Origin: Camelus ferus
Taxonomy: Eukaryota
Direction: 5' to 3'
Assembly (NCBI RefSeq): GCF_009834535.1
Contig: NC_045707.1
Coordinates: 51,834,001 to 51,898,000, forward strand
Length of the DNA: 64,000 nucleotides
The notes below the pieces were generated by a model. That model was not told the DNA's origin and ran no database searches. It saw only the letters and a program-made list of their open reading frames with translations. Made by a program: the position numbers and the translations under genes. Positions 11,870 through 26,062 of this stretch are shown here, in pieces. Each line of letters begins with the position of its first letter. Positions within the stretch are counted from its first letter, which is position 1.

Positions 11870-12545
11870 TACTCTGGCCTCAGTGAGGTGGAGCATAACT
11901 CCTACTCAGTTGTGGGCTGGATATAGTGACTTCATGCTAAGAGATATAGTATATAAAGGAGAAAAAAGTAAGTTTGCCATGGAGAAACCTGACAAACCCC
12001 TCAGTCATCTGTGAACACAAACAATAAGCTATGTTGATAGTATGTGCCTTTATGTGAAGATATGATGAAACCGGTATTTTACCTCTGTGATATTCCCCTA
12101 TCCCCTCAAAAAAACCCCAAAGCAAAAACAAAACACCCTATAATCCCAGTGTAATCATGCAAAAAAATCAAAGAAATCCCAATTCCAGGACACTCTACTG
12201 ACTAAGAGTCTCCAAAACTATTAAGGTTACAAGACACAAATTCTAAGGTACTCTCATGACTAAGGAGCCTAAGAAGACATAATGAATAAATATAATATTT
12301 TGTGTGAAATCCAGGCACAGAAGGAAGAACACTAAATAAAAACTAAGGAAATCTGAATATAGTAGGGACTGTAGTTAATCATAATATATCATTATGATTA
12401 TATTAATTATAATATAATTATAACAAACGTATCACACTAATATAGTAATAGGAGAAATGAAGCAGATATATAGACATTCTCTGTGTTATTGTCACAATTT
12501 TTCTATAAATCTAATCTATTCTAAATAATGTTTATTTAAAAAATA
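11870..12545 (+). mobile_element. L1MC-type 3' UTR
   Basis: L1MC1/2-like motifs 'gtggagcataactcc', 'ggagaaacctgacaaac', 'gagcctaagaagacat', 'aaaactaaggaaatctgaat', ending in an A-rich tail. Confidence 0.8.
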
Positions 12546-13762
12546 CTAAGTTAATTAAATATATTTCTCTGTAGCTATTGCATAAACAGGCATAATCTTC
12601 CTAGGATATAAAACAGAATAAAGGTATTGTGAATAATTTATGTTCGTTTTAAATGAAACGTAGTTATAAAACTGTAGAATACAAAGGCCTCACATTCAGC
12701 AATTTTTCCCAATGAGTCAGAAAAAAATCACATTCAGGTAGAAGTATTTATATAAAATTTTAAATTGTATTTTTTACATTTAAAAGAAGATGTAAATTAG
12801 TGATAAAAACACATTAGCCTTTGGCAAAAAAAAGTGATCTTGTTGTAAAGTGTATTTCAATTTGTTATATCTTTTTAAAAATTCATTATAGCTGTAACAT
12901 CAGGAAACTCTGTAGTAATATTTAGTCTTCAACTTCTTTAAGATTTCACTGGAAGAGTAATTACTTCAGTTTTGGGGTGATAAAAATTAGGAAAATCATA
13001 TTAGAAAATAGAAATCATTAAAATACCCAGCTCTTACTTTTGGCCTATTAACTATTTGTAAAGGCAGAGATATCCGCACTCCTGGTAAACCCCCAAGATT
13101 AGAGGTAAATTCGGCTTGTACCTATACATTTCCTCTGAAATAAAGCATATTGTAGAGACATTTAAATATTTCTTTAACGGTAAAGTTTCTTAGACATGTT
13201 TATTATTGTGAATAAATAGTATTAGGTTGTCATATCCAGCTGCATCCAACTTGAGATTTGTGCTGATGCTTCTGCTACTAAGTCTAGCTAATGATCCATG
13301 CCCTGTAGTATGTAATCAATCCATAGTTCAGTGTTAATAAAAAGGGGTAGGAAAAACCACCCATTCATGCCATTTCAATCAGTTCATCATTTTATTAAGT
13401 AACTGACTGTTAATATCTGCCTACTCCTAATTTTGAAAGCTTTCTCATATGATGAGTATTACATACATGATCAACCCTTAGAAAACTTTATAAGACTACA
13501 TTCTTATAAATTATAGTATATTTTTATCTATATAATAATTAGCCCAGGCTGTCAAAATTATTTGTAACAAAATGACCAAAAAAATGCAGTAGAGGATAAT
13601 CTGTTCTAATAAAATAAACTATGGCCATTAAAATTTTAAGTATGAATGACAGGTGATACAATTTTCCACACATGACGAGTGATTATTTCTATTAACCTAT
13701 GATATAAATACCCTTCATGCTATGTAACCTTATTTTCAGCATAACAGAATCTACTTAATATT

Positions 13763-14690
13763 TGTACCAGTTAAGGCTCTCCTGTTTGTGCTGTAGTAGC
13801 ATAAAACTCTTAAAATTTCAGCAGCTGAAAGCAATCAAAGGTTCATTTTTTTTTTCCCAGCGCAACTTCCACCTTGGATCATCTGGGTGCTTTGCTCCAT
13901 GTCATTCTCATTCTCAGCCTCAGCTTTAAAGAATCTTCATTCTCTCGGACATTTTTGTTTACCATCTCAGAGGAAAGAAACAAAGGGGTGTTCACACCAA
14001 CAACTTAATGCTCTAGCCCGGAATGACATATCATTCCCAACAACATAATGACCAGCTCTAGTTACACGGCTCCACCCAATGCAAGGGAGAATGTGTTCAG
14101 TTTCCCAAGATCACTTGTAGCCTTATGATTCCTTAGAAGGATACACGGAACTGAGTTTATAGTTGTATTCATGGCTAATATTTATTATAGTAAAAAGATA
14201 CAAAGCAAAATCAGCAAAGAGAAAAGATGCATGGAGTGAAGTCCAGAGGAAACTAAGCACAAGTTCCAAGAGTCCTTTTGCAGTGGAGTTAACATAAGAC
14301 ACATTTAATTCCCCCAACAATGAATAGTGACGACCCATGAGAAGCATTGTCTAGGGAAGTTAGAGACTCAGTGTTCAGAGGTTTTACTGTTCCTGTGAGT
14401 AACCTCTGCTTAGAAGATATGAAAATTCTGGAGTCAGAAAAGTAGGTGTTCAGCATAAATCATTTTGTTTACTTAAAATCCTAAACACAGCAAACCATCA
14501 TTGTTGATTAGGAACACCGTGAGAGACAAGTTTCCAGATGCCAGCCAAGGTCCAGCCTTGTAAGCAAGCTGTTCTAAGGAGAGTAGTCTCAGGTAAATTG
14601 TTTCTTTTACAGGCAGTGAGAATTTAATCTCCACTGTACTCAGAATAACAAAGAACTGAATTTAGATAAGCATTAAAATCTCTTTTTTAC
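13763..14690 (-). mobile_element. MaLR MLT1J/I-like LTR, split by the MER21 insertion (parts 13763-14091 and 14612-14690)
   Basis: 'tgtaccagttaagg...tgctccatgtcattctcattc...ctagttacacggctccacccaatgcaaggga'; MLT1-like sequence resumes after 14611. Confidence 0.65.
14092..14611 (-). mobile_element. MER21A/B-like solo LTR
   Basis: Close match to recalled MER21: 'aagatacaaagcaaaatcagcaaagagaaaagatgcatggagtgaagtccagaggaaac', 'ccagatgccagccaaggtccagccttgtaagcaagc'; TG...CA termini. Confidence 0.85.
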
Positions 14691-15799
14691 TATTGTTAAT
14701 TGTAGCTCTAAGGAGAGTTCAAACATAACCATATGAATTTATGGTGTTTGTATTTGTCTGAATAGTGTTTTAGCAAAATATAGTAGGATTTTCAAGAGAA
14801 ATTTTAAATATTTGGTGGAAAAAACTTCTAAAGAGCAATATTTAGCAATATTAATCAAAGTTTAAGTTCACAAAGGAAGTTAACTTTAATATTTCATAAT
14901 GTACAAGTAACATGGGAAAGAGAAGATAGAAAAATCTCGTGTTAAAAAATCTGTGTCAATACTTGTACTTACATATCCATATGCATTAGAATATACACAT
15001 ATATTTACTTGTATATACATAGACTATTCTAGGAAAGATACAAATAAAAGTGTAAGGAAGGAAGGACTGCTGCGTGTAAAGATAGAGAAATTGCTTGTCA
15101 ATATATACAGCTTATTCTATTTGATTTTTTATCATCTTCATATATTTTTAAATAAAAATTTTTAAGTTCATCTGGAAGGATAAATGTGAAAATTCCTTCT
15201 CTATTTTTATAAAACACTACAGAAAGCTTTTTAATACTAGCTGATAGTGCTTCAAATATAGATGGATAAAGAGAGCTTATCAGCAAACCCCAAAACAGAC
15301 AATATTAAATACATAATTCAGATGGAAATGTAGTACATAATATATGAATTCAAACTGTGGGGTATGGATGATGAGGTAGCAGAAGTTTACATGTTCTTAG
15401 AAAAGTTAGAAGAATATCTTTCTGCATTAGCTTACCATTTTCATTTCCTTGACTCCCCAAAAAGGCTTCTTTGCTCTCACGTTTTAAATAATTTCTCTGA
15501 AAATCATCAATAAGATGTATTGGCATTACCCCTCTTACAAATATTTATTGGCTAGACCCTAGGTCAATATTAAAAAGAGATGTGTACTTTGTTTCTCATC
15601 TCCCTCTTTTTCTTAATTTTTCTTCTTCCCCAAGCAAAATCATCTCTGCATGCATGTTGCCCTGTAGATAGACTCTTAAGAACTTGTATTACCAATCATT
15701 GCATTGAATTTATATGCACATGTATAAATCTCAGAGAAGAAAATAACACAAGCTAAAGCTGGTGATCCATATTAAAATATCATACTCCCATCCTGTAAA

Positions 15800-16330
15800 C
15801 TAAGCAGAGGTTTTTGAAAATGATACTTTTCAACGTTGACAAGCTGCAAAGAAACAGAAGCACCTAATACATAACTAGTGGGAACTGAATTAGTTAATAT
15901 TTCTAGAGATTAATTTGGCAGTCTGCAGCCAAAGATATTTATCTCAGGGTTAATAATAAAAAATTAAAAAAATTAATAAAAATATTGGATTCTAGATACT
16001 TATGAGGCCATATTTTGTAAGTAAATAAAAAATAGAATGAGTAAGTAAATTAACCATATATATGATATATATTACATGGAAACTATAATAGTGTTTTCTA
16101 GACTCTAATGCTATAGGAAATGATCAAATATAATGTTAAGTTTTAAAGTGAATACAAATTTTTATATACAACGTGATCCCATTTTATTGCAAAAATTAGT
16201 CTATGGATGTTTGTATAATAAGTATTGGAAAATAATAGTTATCATGTAAATAGTGATTTCCTCTAGGCATTTGAATTGTGAATATTTTTCTATATGTACT
16301 GTTCTATATTTTTAAAACTATTTATGATAA
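15800..16330 (+). mobile_element. Highly decayed L1ME-type ORF2 end/3' UTR fragments
   Basis: 'gacaagctgcaaagaaacagaagcacctaatacataactagtgggaa...taatttggcagt' followed by L1ME-like 3' UTR. Confidence 0.45.
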
Positions 16331-17194
16331 TGACATTACTTTCAAAACTGCCGAAGAGAAAATAGATAATATTTTAAGGAGTATGTAAAAGTTAATAAAG
16401 TAATTAAAAATGAAGGGAAAATTATTGTAGCACAAAATGATAGCTTTTATAATTGTAAGGAATAAAGTATAGTCATAAACTTGATCAGGATTATGATATT
16501 TAGAGAAAAGATTTTTAAAAATCTGTGCTTCATTGACAGCTATAATTTCTATACACCACAATGTCTTTAAATGCAACTTTTATTTATATGAATTCCTTTC
16601 TCTAGTTTTTCTCATGTTCATTCATTTAGATTTAGATTAGTGATTTTCAAAATATAGATAAAAGTAGCATCTCTTTATATTTACAGTATGACACTGAAAT
16701 ACCCTCAGATAGTTAAGGAACTAAGAAATTTAAAAATAGTTTTATAAAAACATGCATGTTTGAGTATTCTGCATACTAAACTCTTCACACGCAAATTAGG
16801 GCTGCTGAATTATACTAGCACATCTTCCTTCTTACAAAGACTGGAAATATTTAGACACTCCTTAGGGCAGTATTGGATTCTACTTTATAATCATTGTAAG
16901 AGGATAGGATGTAAACATGAAACTTCTCCCTCAACTGTTAGTTAATCATTACAACCTTTTAATTTGCCTTCAGGGTTGAAATCCTTCCTTATAAAGGCGA
17001 AGGTCATCTCTTAAGTCTCAGCGCTCAATAGTCAGTGATGGATAAAAAGTGACTAAGGTAAAACAAATTCAACATAACATGTTTACCTTATTCTAAAATG
17101 TCTTAACATATTTAGAAATCTCCATTTTCTTTCCCTCCTGCCCCAACCACCTGACTGTGTTCTGTGTTTTAAAATATAGGTTCATGTGGAGTGG

Positions 17195-17228
17195 GAGAGA
17201 GAGGGAGAGAAAGAGAGAGAAAGAGAGA
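17195..17228. repeat. Imperfect (GA)n microsatellite
   Basis: Directly visible GA-rich run. Confidence 0.8.
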
Positions 17229-18504
17229 ATGTCTGTCATTTCTCAGTGGGTTAAGAGAGGACAGGCATCAGCTATAGCAATTTAGAGGAGTAAAAACATG
17301 TTTCATTATGCTGGATAGCAGGGATATTCAGTATGATGGAAAGCTTAGGAACCACAGTGTTTAGGCTCTTCCATTAAGAAGAGAAAATGATGACACTAAA
17401 CTCTGAACCTGGACCTGACATCTTCATCGTTGATTTACAGTAACGTCTGTGGAGGGGAAGGTCACTGTGCTGAATAAGCCGCTAATGTGGCTCAGGGAGA
17501 AGGTCATTTGTGTACACTGTAACTTCTCATCATTTTAGGAGCATAGAGAAATTTGGAAACCAGAACTTGACATTTTAAGAGAATTATTACAGTGCTAAAG
17601 AGTTCAAAGTGTTTATTCTTGATACTTGGAAAATAAAGTGCCTCTTGCTCTGAAGTTTTCAAACAAGATTGCTGTACTAAAGTTTCATCGACATTTAGTC
17701 AAAACTACTCATTTGGAGGCTGAGGGAGGCTGAGGCTAGATAACTGAATTTTAAGAGATTACCCTCCTTAGGCCTTTTGTAACAAAGGTAAATGAAAGTA
17801 GAATGTTATAACCAGACAGAACTCAAGTGTTCTAAAATTTTTCTCTTCAGCATGTCAAACATAAATAGCATTTATTGTTCAATTCCATTGCTTTCATTAT
17901 ATTGGTGATAGACTTCTAACTTCTCAGGAGACTCTCAGTCTAGAGTTCTGTAAGCACACACACACCCCCAACACCATGTTAAAGTTAAAACTAAGTTTTC
18001 TCACCAGAGTATATGTATTCATTTGCAGCAGCTTTCTGTCTACAGATTTCAGTATAAAAATCAAAAGGTAATGAAAAGGCAAAGATAGTAAAGGAAAAAG
18101 AAATAAAGAAATGATGGGAAGATTTGTACTTTTCCTCTTTTTGGTATTTGTCTTAATTTGACTTCTATCATAGGATTATTAATGAGACTTTATTTTTTCC
18201 TGTTATTCTTTTACATAATTTTTTTCCTCAAGTAACTTTTATGGTTTCTGGTTGACTGTAGCCCACAATATTCCCTAATTATTAGATATATCATGTTTTG
18301 TTCATATAAAAATACATATTATAGATTATATTCTGAGTTGTACCATATCAATACCTATGGATTGAATAAGCATTATTATTTCTTCAAAATGTCATGGGGC
18401 ACAACTTGTAAATGTATTTGTAAAAAAAAATGCTGAAAGTAGAAAGGCTGACTCAAAGGGTGTGATCTTTTAAAATTTTTATAGGTATTGTCAAGTTGTA
18501 TTCC

Positions 18505-18955
18505 AAGTTCTGCTCATTTCTTTTTATCGCTGTGTAATATTTCATTGTTTGGATGTACCATAGTTAATTTATACATTCATCTACTGAAGGACATCTTCAT
18601 TGTGTCTAAGTTTTGGCAATTAGGAATAAAGCTGCTATAAACATATGTGCAAAAATTTTGAGGTGACCTAAGTTTTAACTCCTTTGGGTAAATAATAAGG
18701 ATTGGGGTTGCTGGATTGTATGGTAAAAGTTTTGTAACAAATGGCCAAACCATCTTCCAAAATACCTATACCATTTTGCATTCCCACCAGCAGTGAATGA
18801 TAGTTCCCATTGTTCGATATCCTTGCCTTTGGTGTTGTCAGAGTTCTGGATTTTGGTCATGCTAAGAGATATGCATTGAAATCTCATTGTTCCTTAAGTT
18901 TCTATTTCCTTGATGACATGTGACATGGAGCGTCTTTTCATATACTTATTTGGGT
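18505..18955 (-). mobile_element. LINE-1 ORF2 C-terminal fragment (L1MC/MB type)
   Basis: 'taccattttgcattcccaccagcagtgaatga'; ORF-track 18675-18887 reads 'KDIEQWELSFTAGGNAKWY', resembling the L1 ORF2 C-terminus. Confidence 0.85.
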
Positions 18956-19494
18956 TTCTATTTTCAAGGAGGAAGAGGCAAACAGATGATTGGTTAAGTA
19001 AACAGAGTCAGCCATACTTAATCTAGAGAGATGATAAATTTAAATTATTGAGTCTTTCTGTTCAAAATCAACATATGGCATTCTGTTTATTCATTCTTAT
19101 ATAATCTAGTAGGATTTTTTGTTTGTTTTCTTCACATGGAATTTGCACATTTGGTGCATTTTTTTTCCCTAGAGATTTATCTTTTTGAGTTGCTATTTTG
19201 AATGAGCTCTTTTCTTCCTTTTAGTTTTCCAAGTTATTAAAAAAAAAAGTTTAAAAAATGTTTCTCTAGATAGATATAGATGTATATGTGTATATGAATA
19301 TATACATTGATATACACATTCAAACATACACATATGTGTATGAAAAAATATATATATAATAAATATTATATATATTTTAGTGTAATCAATCAAGAAGTTA
19401 TTGTCTGTAACATTCTTTTCCATTGACTACACATGTTTCTAGTGTCAACTCTGACACTTTCTAACAAAACATTTGATATGGAAAACCTGATTTT

Positions 19495-19700
19495 AAATGT
19501 AAGCTTGTCTGGCTTTGAATTCTAGCTTCACAATTCACTAAGTGCCTGGCCTTGGGCAGGTTACTAAACCTCTTTGTGACTCAGTTTCCCCATAAATAAA
19601 ACAGTATGATAATAGCATCTACCTAAGGAGAGAATTGTTAGGAAAGGGGACAGCTATGAAAATTAATCCTCACAAAACTAGCACACAGTGTCAAATGATT
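19495..19700 (+). mobile_element. MIR SINE
   Basis: Core 'ccttgggcaggttactaaacctctttgtgactcagtttcccc...ataatagcatctacct'. Confidence 0.8.
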
Positions 19701-22700
19701 TTAATTTTCTCTATTAGAAATGATACTAATCCTTTGTCATTTTCTTAATAGATCTTTCTCAGTTTTTAAGACTCATGAAAAGTATAACATATATAAAATA
19801 GAGTGACTGAGATAATTATAAGAAAATATATTCCTGTTGATTATAATTGAGTGCAATAATTGCTGAAAGTGGGTATTAGCCTAGTGCTATTGAGGGCCGA
19901 AGAAAGGATTAGTTCGCTTTTGGAGGATCGGAAAACACTAGATAAAATCTGTGCCATTTGAGACACCACTTTAAAAAGAAGGTAGATTTAAACAAAATAG
20001 GTCAAGCTGTAAGTTCTCTACTTTCTTCTTTTCTTCAGCTTAAAGCAAAAGTGCAATCTTCTGAAAAATCTGAAAAGGTGATTGAGAAGAAATCCTAGTC
20101 CTCCACTTAATAATGGATATGAAACTCCTAAAGTTGTCTAATCTTCTCTGCTTAAAATATAAAATGATGTGCTTAAGGTTTAAATGCTGGACATTGAATT
20201 TTGAAACAGAAATTTAATTTTAAAATACTTTACATATAGCATGCCAGACGTTTCTATTCTATTTACAAAGAGCTTATAATGGGAGCTTTCACTAAATGAG
20301 AGGAAAAAGACTGCTTCATCAAGGTCTCTAGGTCAAGCAGTAGTATAAGCTGAGAGGTTTTCAGGCTGAAATTGTGTTGAAAAGACAACATTTCATGCTA
20401 GTAACAGCTGAGTGAAAAACAAAATAAGACCAACAAAACAAATTGACTCCACATCACAATGTCCTTCTGCTTGAAGCAATTCTTACACCTGTCCTTTAGA
20501 AAGTCAACCTGGCCAGAAACACTGCAACTGCTGCTGGGCTTGGGCCAGCAATTTATGGGATGTCTTAAAATGTTTTATTTGTTTGTTTAATAATCTCGAG
20601 GCTATATTCCAAGAACAGAAACCCACTAAAAAAGTGTCAGTCAGGCTATGAGAGACCATTTCCACTCTGTGGAAAGTATTATTTCAAAAGGCCCTTATAA
20701 AAAGGGAAATAGAAACAAAATACAAAGGCAAGATGAGAGGGGGAAAAAAAGGATATTGCAAAACTTTTTCTTTTAAAATATCAATTGAAATAGAAGAAAA
20801 GATAGTATCACTACTGTTCTTTTCATATCTATAAAACATTGCTATTTTTCATGTCTGTGATACATGTCAGTAAAATGAAACAAAATAGAAAAATAAAAAT
20901 CTTGGACGTTTTAGAATCCTAAGAAGTTAAAAAAGTAAAATGAAAACCTGTCTAGTCTCTGCAAGGAAGTTTTTATTGAAAGGCTATAACATGGATATCA
21001 CAGAAGTATCAGAAATTCTCATGGTTATTTCTTTTTAGTCATTTTATCAAAATTTACCAGAAACTAATGTCAGCAAAACTATTCACCAGCAGAATCCACC
21101 ACTGAATGGGGCACAACATAATACAAAACCCCCCAAACCATGGACACTATAAAAAAAAAATAGATTACCAAGCAAACAGAGAGGGTGAGTAGGGTTTGTT
21201 TTCAAATCCTACCTCTAGCCATGAAAAAGTTTTAGGATGGACACAAGTGTGAGGGTTCTATTAATGTCACTAAACATGGTAATATCTACACATAAAGATA
21301 CTAAAATTTCTTCCACTTAATTGTTTTTCTATTAAATTTCAATTGTAAAAATAATGCATGTCTTTTCAAACAAAAAAAGTAACGCTTTTTCCATAACAAA
21401 AACAACAATTAGATGAAAGTAAATGTTGCCAGATCTTAATGATAGTAAATTCTGGATCATGGAAATTCATATTCATAATGGTTTTTGGGTCTTGGGAATT
21501 ATCAGTTTTGTGTTTGTATCTTATATGTTTATTAAGTTTAAAATATTTTAATGTGTATATAAAATAAATTGATTTGAGATATTCCTAGCAATGAAACAAT
21601 GTTCATAATTACTGATTATTATGGTAAAAATATTTTTTAAGAATTTGTGATTTGCTGTTATAATTTTCTAATGCCTTCAGCCACAAGTTTGCAAATATCC
21701 TTGTGCATCTCTGGTGTCCTGTCAAGTAGAGGGTCACAGCACAAGCCTATTACTTCAACCTCATATTTCCTTAAAATACCAAGAAACATAGTAATTATTA
21801 TTTTCTGAGCATGCCTAAATATACTATTCCACAATTATTATTAACATACTAGACCATATGCAAAGAAAGATAACTCATTAGTTCTGATTTGTAGCATGGC
21901 AGTGGGAAATGTTTTAGTCCAATAAGGAAGTATAATCCATTAAAATAATTCAAGTCATACATTTCTGTATAATTATTTAAAGAATAATTTTGTTTTTTTA
22001 TTTCCCTAATTCCTTTAGAAAAAGTATGGAAGAATCAGGGACTTTTATTCCTTTATGATGATGGAAGTAAGGGGGAGACCCTTTGCTGGAATCAGTCTTT
22101 CTCTTTTCTGTTTGTGACTTCTCTTTTGAATGTCAGAAGCTGTTATTCTTCTTTTCTCTTTGCTTTCATACTCCAGTGAGCTTTATCCCTTTAGAGCAAA
22201 TAGGTTTTGGCTAAATGTGTGGTATATCAGTATATGGAAATGCATTTTTTTTTTCAAATTTGACATATATATTGCTTTATACTTTTTAAAGGAGCTTTCA
22301 TCTGATGATTTAACTTGAGTGTGCTATCAGTATGCAAAAATAGCCATAACACTAAGGAGCTGAGCCAGAGGTAAATGAATGTTAACCTAAGCACCCATTA
22401 ATTGATGGGGTGCTTCTACATTAAGAGCTAAATTAAAAATATACCAAAAGAGCAAAAAAAAGTGGACAAAACTTACAGTCTTATAACTATAATGATAAAG
22501 TATACTGATAATTTACGTACAATAAATTGCGTACTAATAGTGGTGAGAAAATAAACCAGCATTATGAAAAAAAAAGCTACATTCATTATGGATTTATAAT
22601 ATCTAAGAATATATTGCCTCAAATTTATCTTTAGTCTCTTAGGGATATTAATCTCAAATTTTGTAAATTTCAAAATATGTGGTGCATGTTCTAGCATTTG

Positions 22701-23319
22701 TTCATTTCACAAAATGTTAATGTTGAACACTAATATGCTATGCTTAAAGATGAAGGTTTTAAAAGAAATGCTTTATCTGTAGGGGTGAGTCTTAAGAACT
22801 TTAAATCAAGACATGCTGAATGTATTTTAAAATAAAAATTTGTAATAATCAGAAAAATTTTAATTGAAAACAGATTTTCTGTTTTTTTTCAAACATTGAA
22901 AATTTCAATTTAAAAGTTAAGACCTGGGAAAGATATAACATCAAATTAAGTAAGATAGTATTATTGAGTATTATACTTTCAGCTGTGGGGAAAAAAAATG
23001 CTGACATTCCAACTCTAGCGATATAACAGGAGAATAGTTATAAGAGCAGTTGTTGTACATGTATTTGTCTTGAAATTTTTGAAACATTGAGGACTCTTCA
23101 GACCCAAGAAACAGGTAGAACTACTCTTCTTGTATAAGCAGTAATGGAGACAGAATTCCTTTGCAATATTAAATGTTTAGAGAAACAAAGACTTCCATCG
23201 AACTTGACTAATTGCTGCTTCAAACTGAAGTTAAGATAAGAAGCACAGGCTTAAGTTTTTCAGACAAAGAAATAATGTTTTATATATTTATACTTTTTAT
23301 CTTTAAGCTTTTTTATCTT

Positions 23320-23887
23320 TAATTTTTTTTTAATTGAAGTGTGGTCCATTTACAATGTTATGTCAGTTCCTGGTGTACAGCATAATGTTTCAGTCATGCA
23401 CACACATGTATTCAATTTTGTATTCTTTTTCATTATTGCTTACTACAAGATACTAAATACAATTCCCTGTGGTATACAGTAGAAACTTGTTGTATGTCTA
23501 TTTTATATGTAGTAGTTAGTATCAGCAAATCTTGAACTCCTAATTTATCCCTTCCCACTCCCTTTCCACTCTGGTAACCATAAGTTTTTTTTCTAAGTGT
23601 ACGTGTGAATCCATTAGTTTTGTAAATAAGTCCATTTATGTCTTTTTTGTCCCTGATTCCACATATGAGTGATAGCATATGGTATTTTTTTTTTCTCTTT
23701 CTGGCTTACTTCACTTAGAATGATGATCTCCAGATCCATCCATGTTGCAGCAAATGGCATTGTTTCATTCTTTTTTATGGCTGAGTAGTATTCCATTGTA
23801 TAAATATACCACAGTTTCTTTATCCAGTCATCTGTCAATGAATATTTAGATTTTTTCCATGTCTCAGCTATTGTAAATAGTGCTGCT
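23320..23887 (-). mobile_element. 5'-truncated younger LINE-1 (cetartiodactyl/camelid lineage): ORF2 C-terminus, 3' UTR and poly(A)
   Basis: ORF 23614-23838 '[47 protein letters not shown]' is the L1 ORF2 end; T-tract then 'aattgaagt' 3' terminus at ~23323-23340. Confidence 0.92.
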
Positions 23888-25104
23888 TTCTTCCCTCTCC
23901 CTTTCTTTCTTTCTTTGAAGTTTTATATGTATTTGTCTTACTGTACTTTCATGTAAAAGTTAATAATTAAAAAGGTAACAACAAATAAAATTAGAAAGCC
24001 AACCAAGTTAATATTGTTGGTGAATTTTGAAAAGTAATAATAGCAAATGCTGTGACAGAATATAATATCCTCAGCCCTTATTCTTTAAGCCCTGATGCAA
24101 ATTTTTTCTTGCAAGTAGGTTGCTAAGCAACAGGCTGAAAATGTTTTTGTTGACCAAATTGAAATTCTCTGTGGTCTCAAAAAGCATAGGCATTTCTCCA
24201 ATCTTTTTTGAGCTATCGTATAGTATTATCAAGCCATGCTTTTAAAGTTACAGTGTTCTGTATAAATGAAAATGCTTTATATAATATGCAAATACTTTTC
24301 ATATATACCTCAAAACCTTTTCCCAGCCAATAATTATTGTGGCAGCACAATCATAGTTAAAATTGTCTAATTAATTTAGATGGAATTATTAAAATATTAT
24401 TTTAAATATATGTGGGAAACAATCAGAAATACATTTAAAAAACTCAATCACATGTTAAGGATAATATAGAAATTATATTATTTAATTTGTTTATAAATTA
24501 TTGTAAAAGTATTATAAAATTATTGTAATAGCAATATGTGATTAGCTGAGGAGGGGGAGACTAGAACCATAAAAAGAAAGATGCCCAAATTCTTCCAGGA
24601 GAAATGGAAAAGGAATGATGAGCTGTAACATCACCAGATCGAATGTTTAGGGTTACATATTAGTGCAGCAGAATCTGGGGAAATTATATTAAAAAATTCA
24701 GTTACATAGATGAACTGTACTTATGCCCTTTGTACTTTCTCAGGAATAAGAAAAGTAACCTACATGTTTTCTTTCCTATAATATCTTGGTAAATAGGACT
24801 CTAGTCTATGGGTAAATAAGAAATAAATAAACTTGTCCTTATTTTGCCCACCCTTTGTGAGGTTCAAGTCATGAAATTTGGCTAAGGGATTTAGCCTTAT
24901 CTGTTCCTTAACCAATGGTAGATATTATCTTTAATTCCAATTTTTGAATATAATATGTGATTATTAGGGTAATGTTTCTTGAAAAAAATGGCTCCCAAAG
25001 TTATGTTGAATCACAAGTTCAAGTTTACTTATTTCAGCAAGTAGCATTTCTAAGATTTACTCCAGAGCCTATTAAAATGTTTCTTAAATGGAATAAAAAA
25101 AAAT

Positions 25105-25352
25105 AGATGGCTATAGCTAACACTGCTGTATGATAAATGGGAAGGTTGTTAAGAGAGTAAATCCTAAGAGTCTCATCACAAGGAGAAAAATTCTTTTTTT
25201 CCTTTTTATTGTATAGGAGAAGATGGGTGTTAGTTGAACTTATTGTGGTAATTGTTTTACAATACATATAAATCAAACCATCCTGCTTCTATATGCCATG
25301 GACTTCAACACTGAGGCATGTCAGTTATTTCTTAATAAAACTGAGGGAAAAT
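25105..25352 (+). mobile_element. LINE-1 3' UTR end (L1MA-like, laurasiatherian)
   Basis: 'gttgttaagagagtaaatcctaagagtctcatcacaagg...atgtcagttatttcttaataaaactg' with AATAAA and A-rich end. Confidence 0.8.
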
Positions 25353-25409
25353 ACAGATAGTTTGTCGCTTGTTCAAGTAAGTAATACTGGGTAAAAAATA
25401 AAAGTTACA

Positions 25410-25695
25410 AAAACATTACATTACTATTATTGACTCTATTCCCCAAGCTGTACATTTCATCCCCGTGACATTTATTTTGTAACTGGAAGTTTATACCTCT
25501 TAATTTCTCTCACCTATTTCACTTATCCCTCCATCCCCTCCCCTCTGGCAGCCGCCTGTTTTTCCTCTGTATCATAGATACTATGACTATGACTCTATGA
25601 CTCTGTTTCTGTTTTTTTGTGTTGCTCATTTGTTTTGTTCTTTAGATTCCACATATAAAGGAAATCATTTGGTGTTTGTCTTTGTCTGACATTAG
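25410..25695 (-). mobile_element. LINE-1 3' UTR fragment (L1MA9-like)
   Basis: 'gctgtacatttcatccccgtgac...taactggaagtttatacctct...tagattccacatata'. Confidence 0.8.
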
Positions 25696-25825
25696 TTTTT
25701 CATTTTAAAATGTTTGTTTTCTTGTTTGTTTTGGCTTTTGTTTTTATGTGAATTGTGTATTATGTGATGTAATCCCAAACCTCTCTGTCTCTACCCATGT
25801 ATTCTTTGATGGCAACCTCTCAATA

Positions 25826-26062
25826 ACAGCAAGGAACTGGAGCTCTAGAGTAAGACTTTCTGGATGTAAATTTGCAATTTCCAGTCTGTGTTAACTTTCT
25901 CCACATTTCTGTGCCTCCTTTTCCTCATCTGTAAAGTAGGTATAACAAAATTATTTATGTTATAAGATTATTATGACAATTACAGGACACAGTAACCTAT
26001 GCAAAAGGACACAAAACCATAACAATTATGTAATAAATGTTAGCTATTATTTTTATTATTAC
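25826..26062 (+). mobile_element. MIR SINE
   Basis: 'tctgtgcctccttttcctcatctgtaaagtagg' core and 'aataaatgttagctattatt' 3' end. Confidence 0.8.

Noticed and set aside
17455..17510. Two AGGTCA nuclear-receptor half-sites
   Set aside because: They form no canonical direct or inverted repeat; isolated hexamers are expected by chance
23614..23838. ORF with clear protein homology
   Set aside because: It is the C-terminal remnant of L1 ORF2 in a 5'-truncated insertion, not a gene
23290..23920. TSD around the younger L1
   Set aside because: Both flanks are T-rich low-complexity sequence with only partial similarity; no confident duplication
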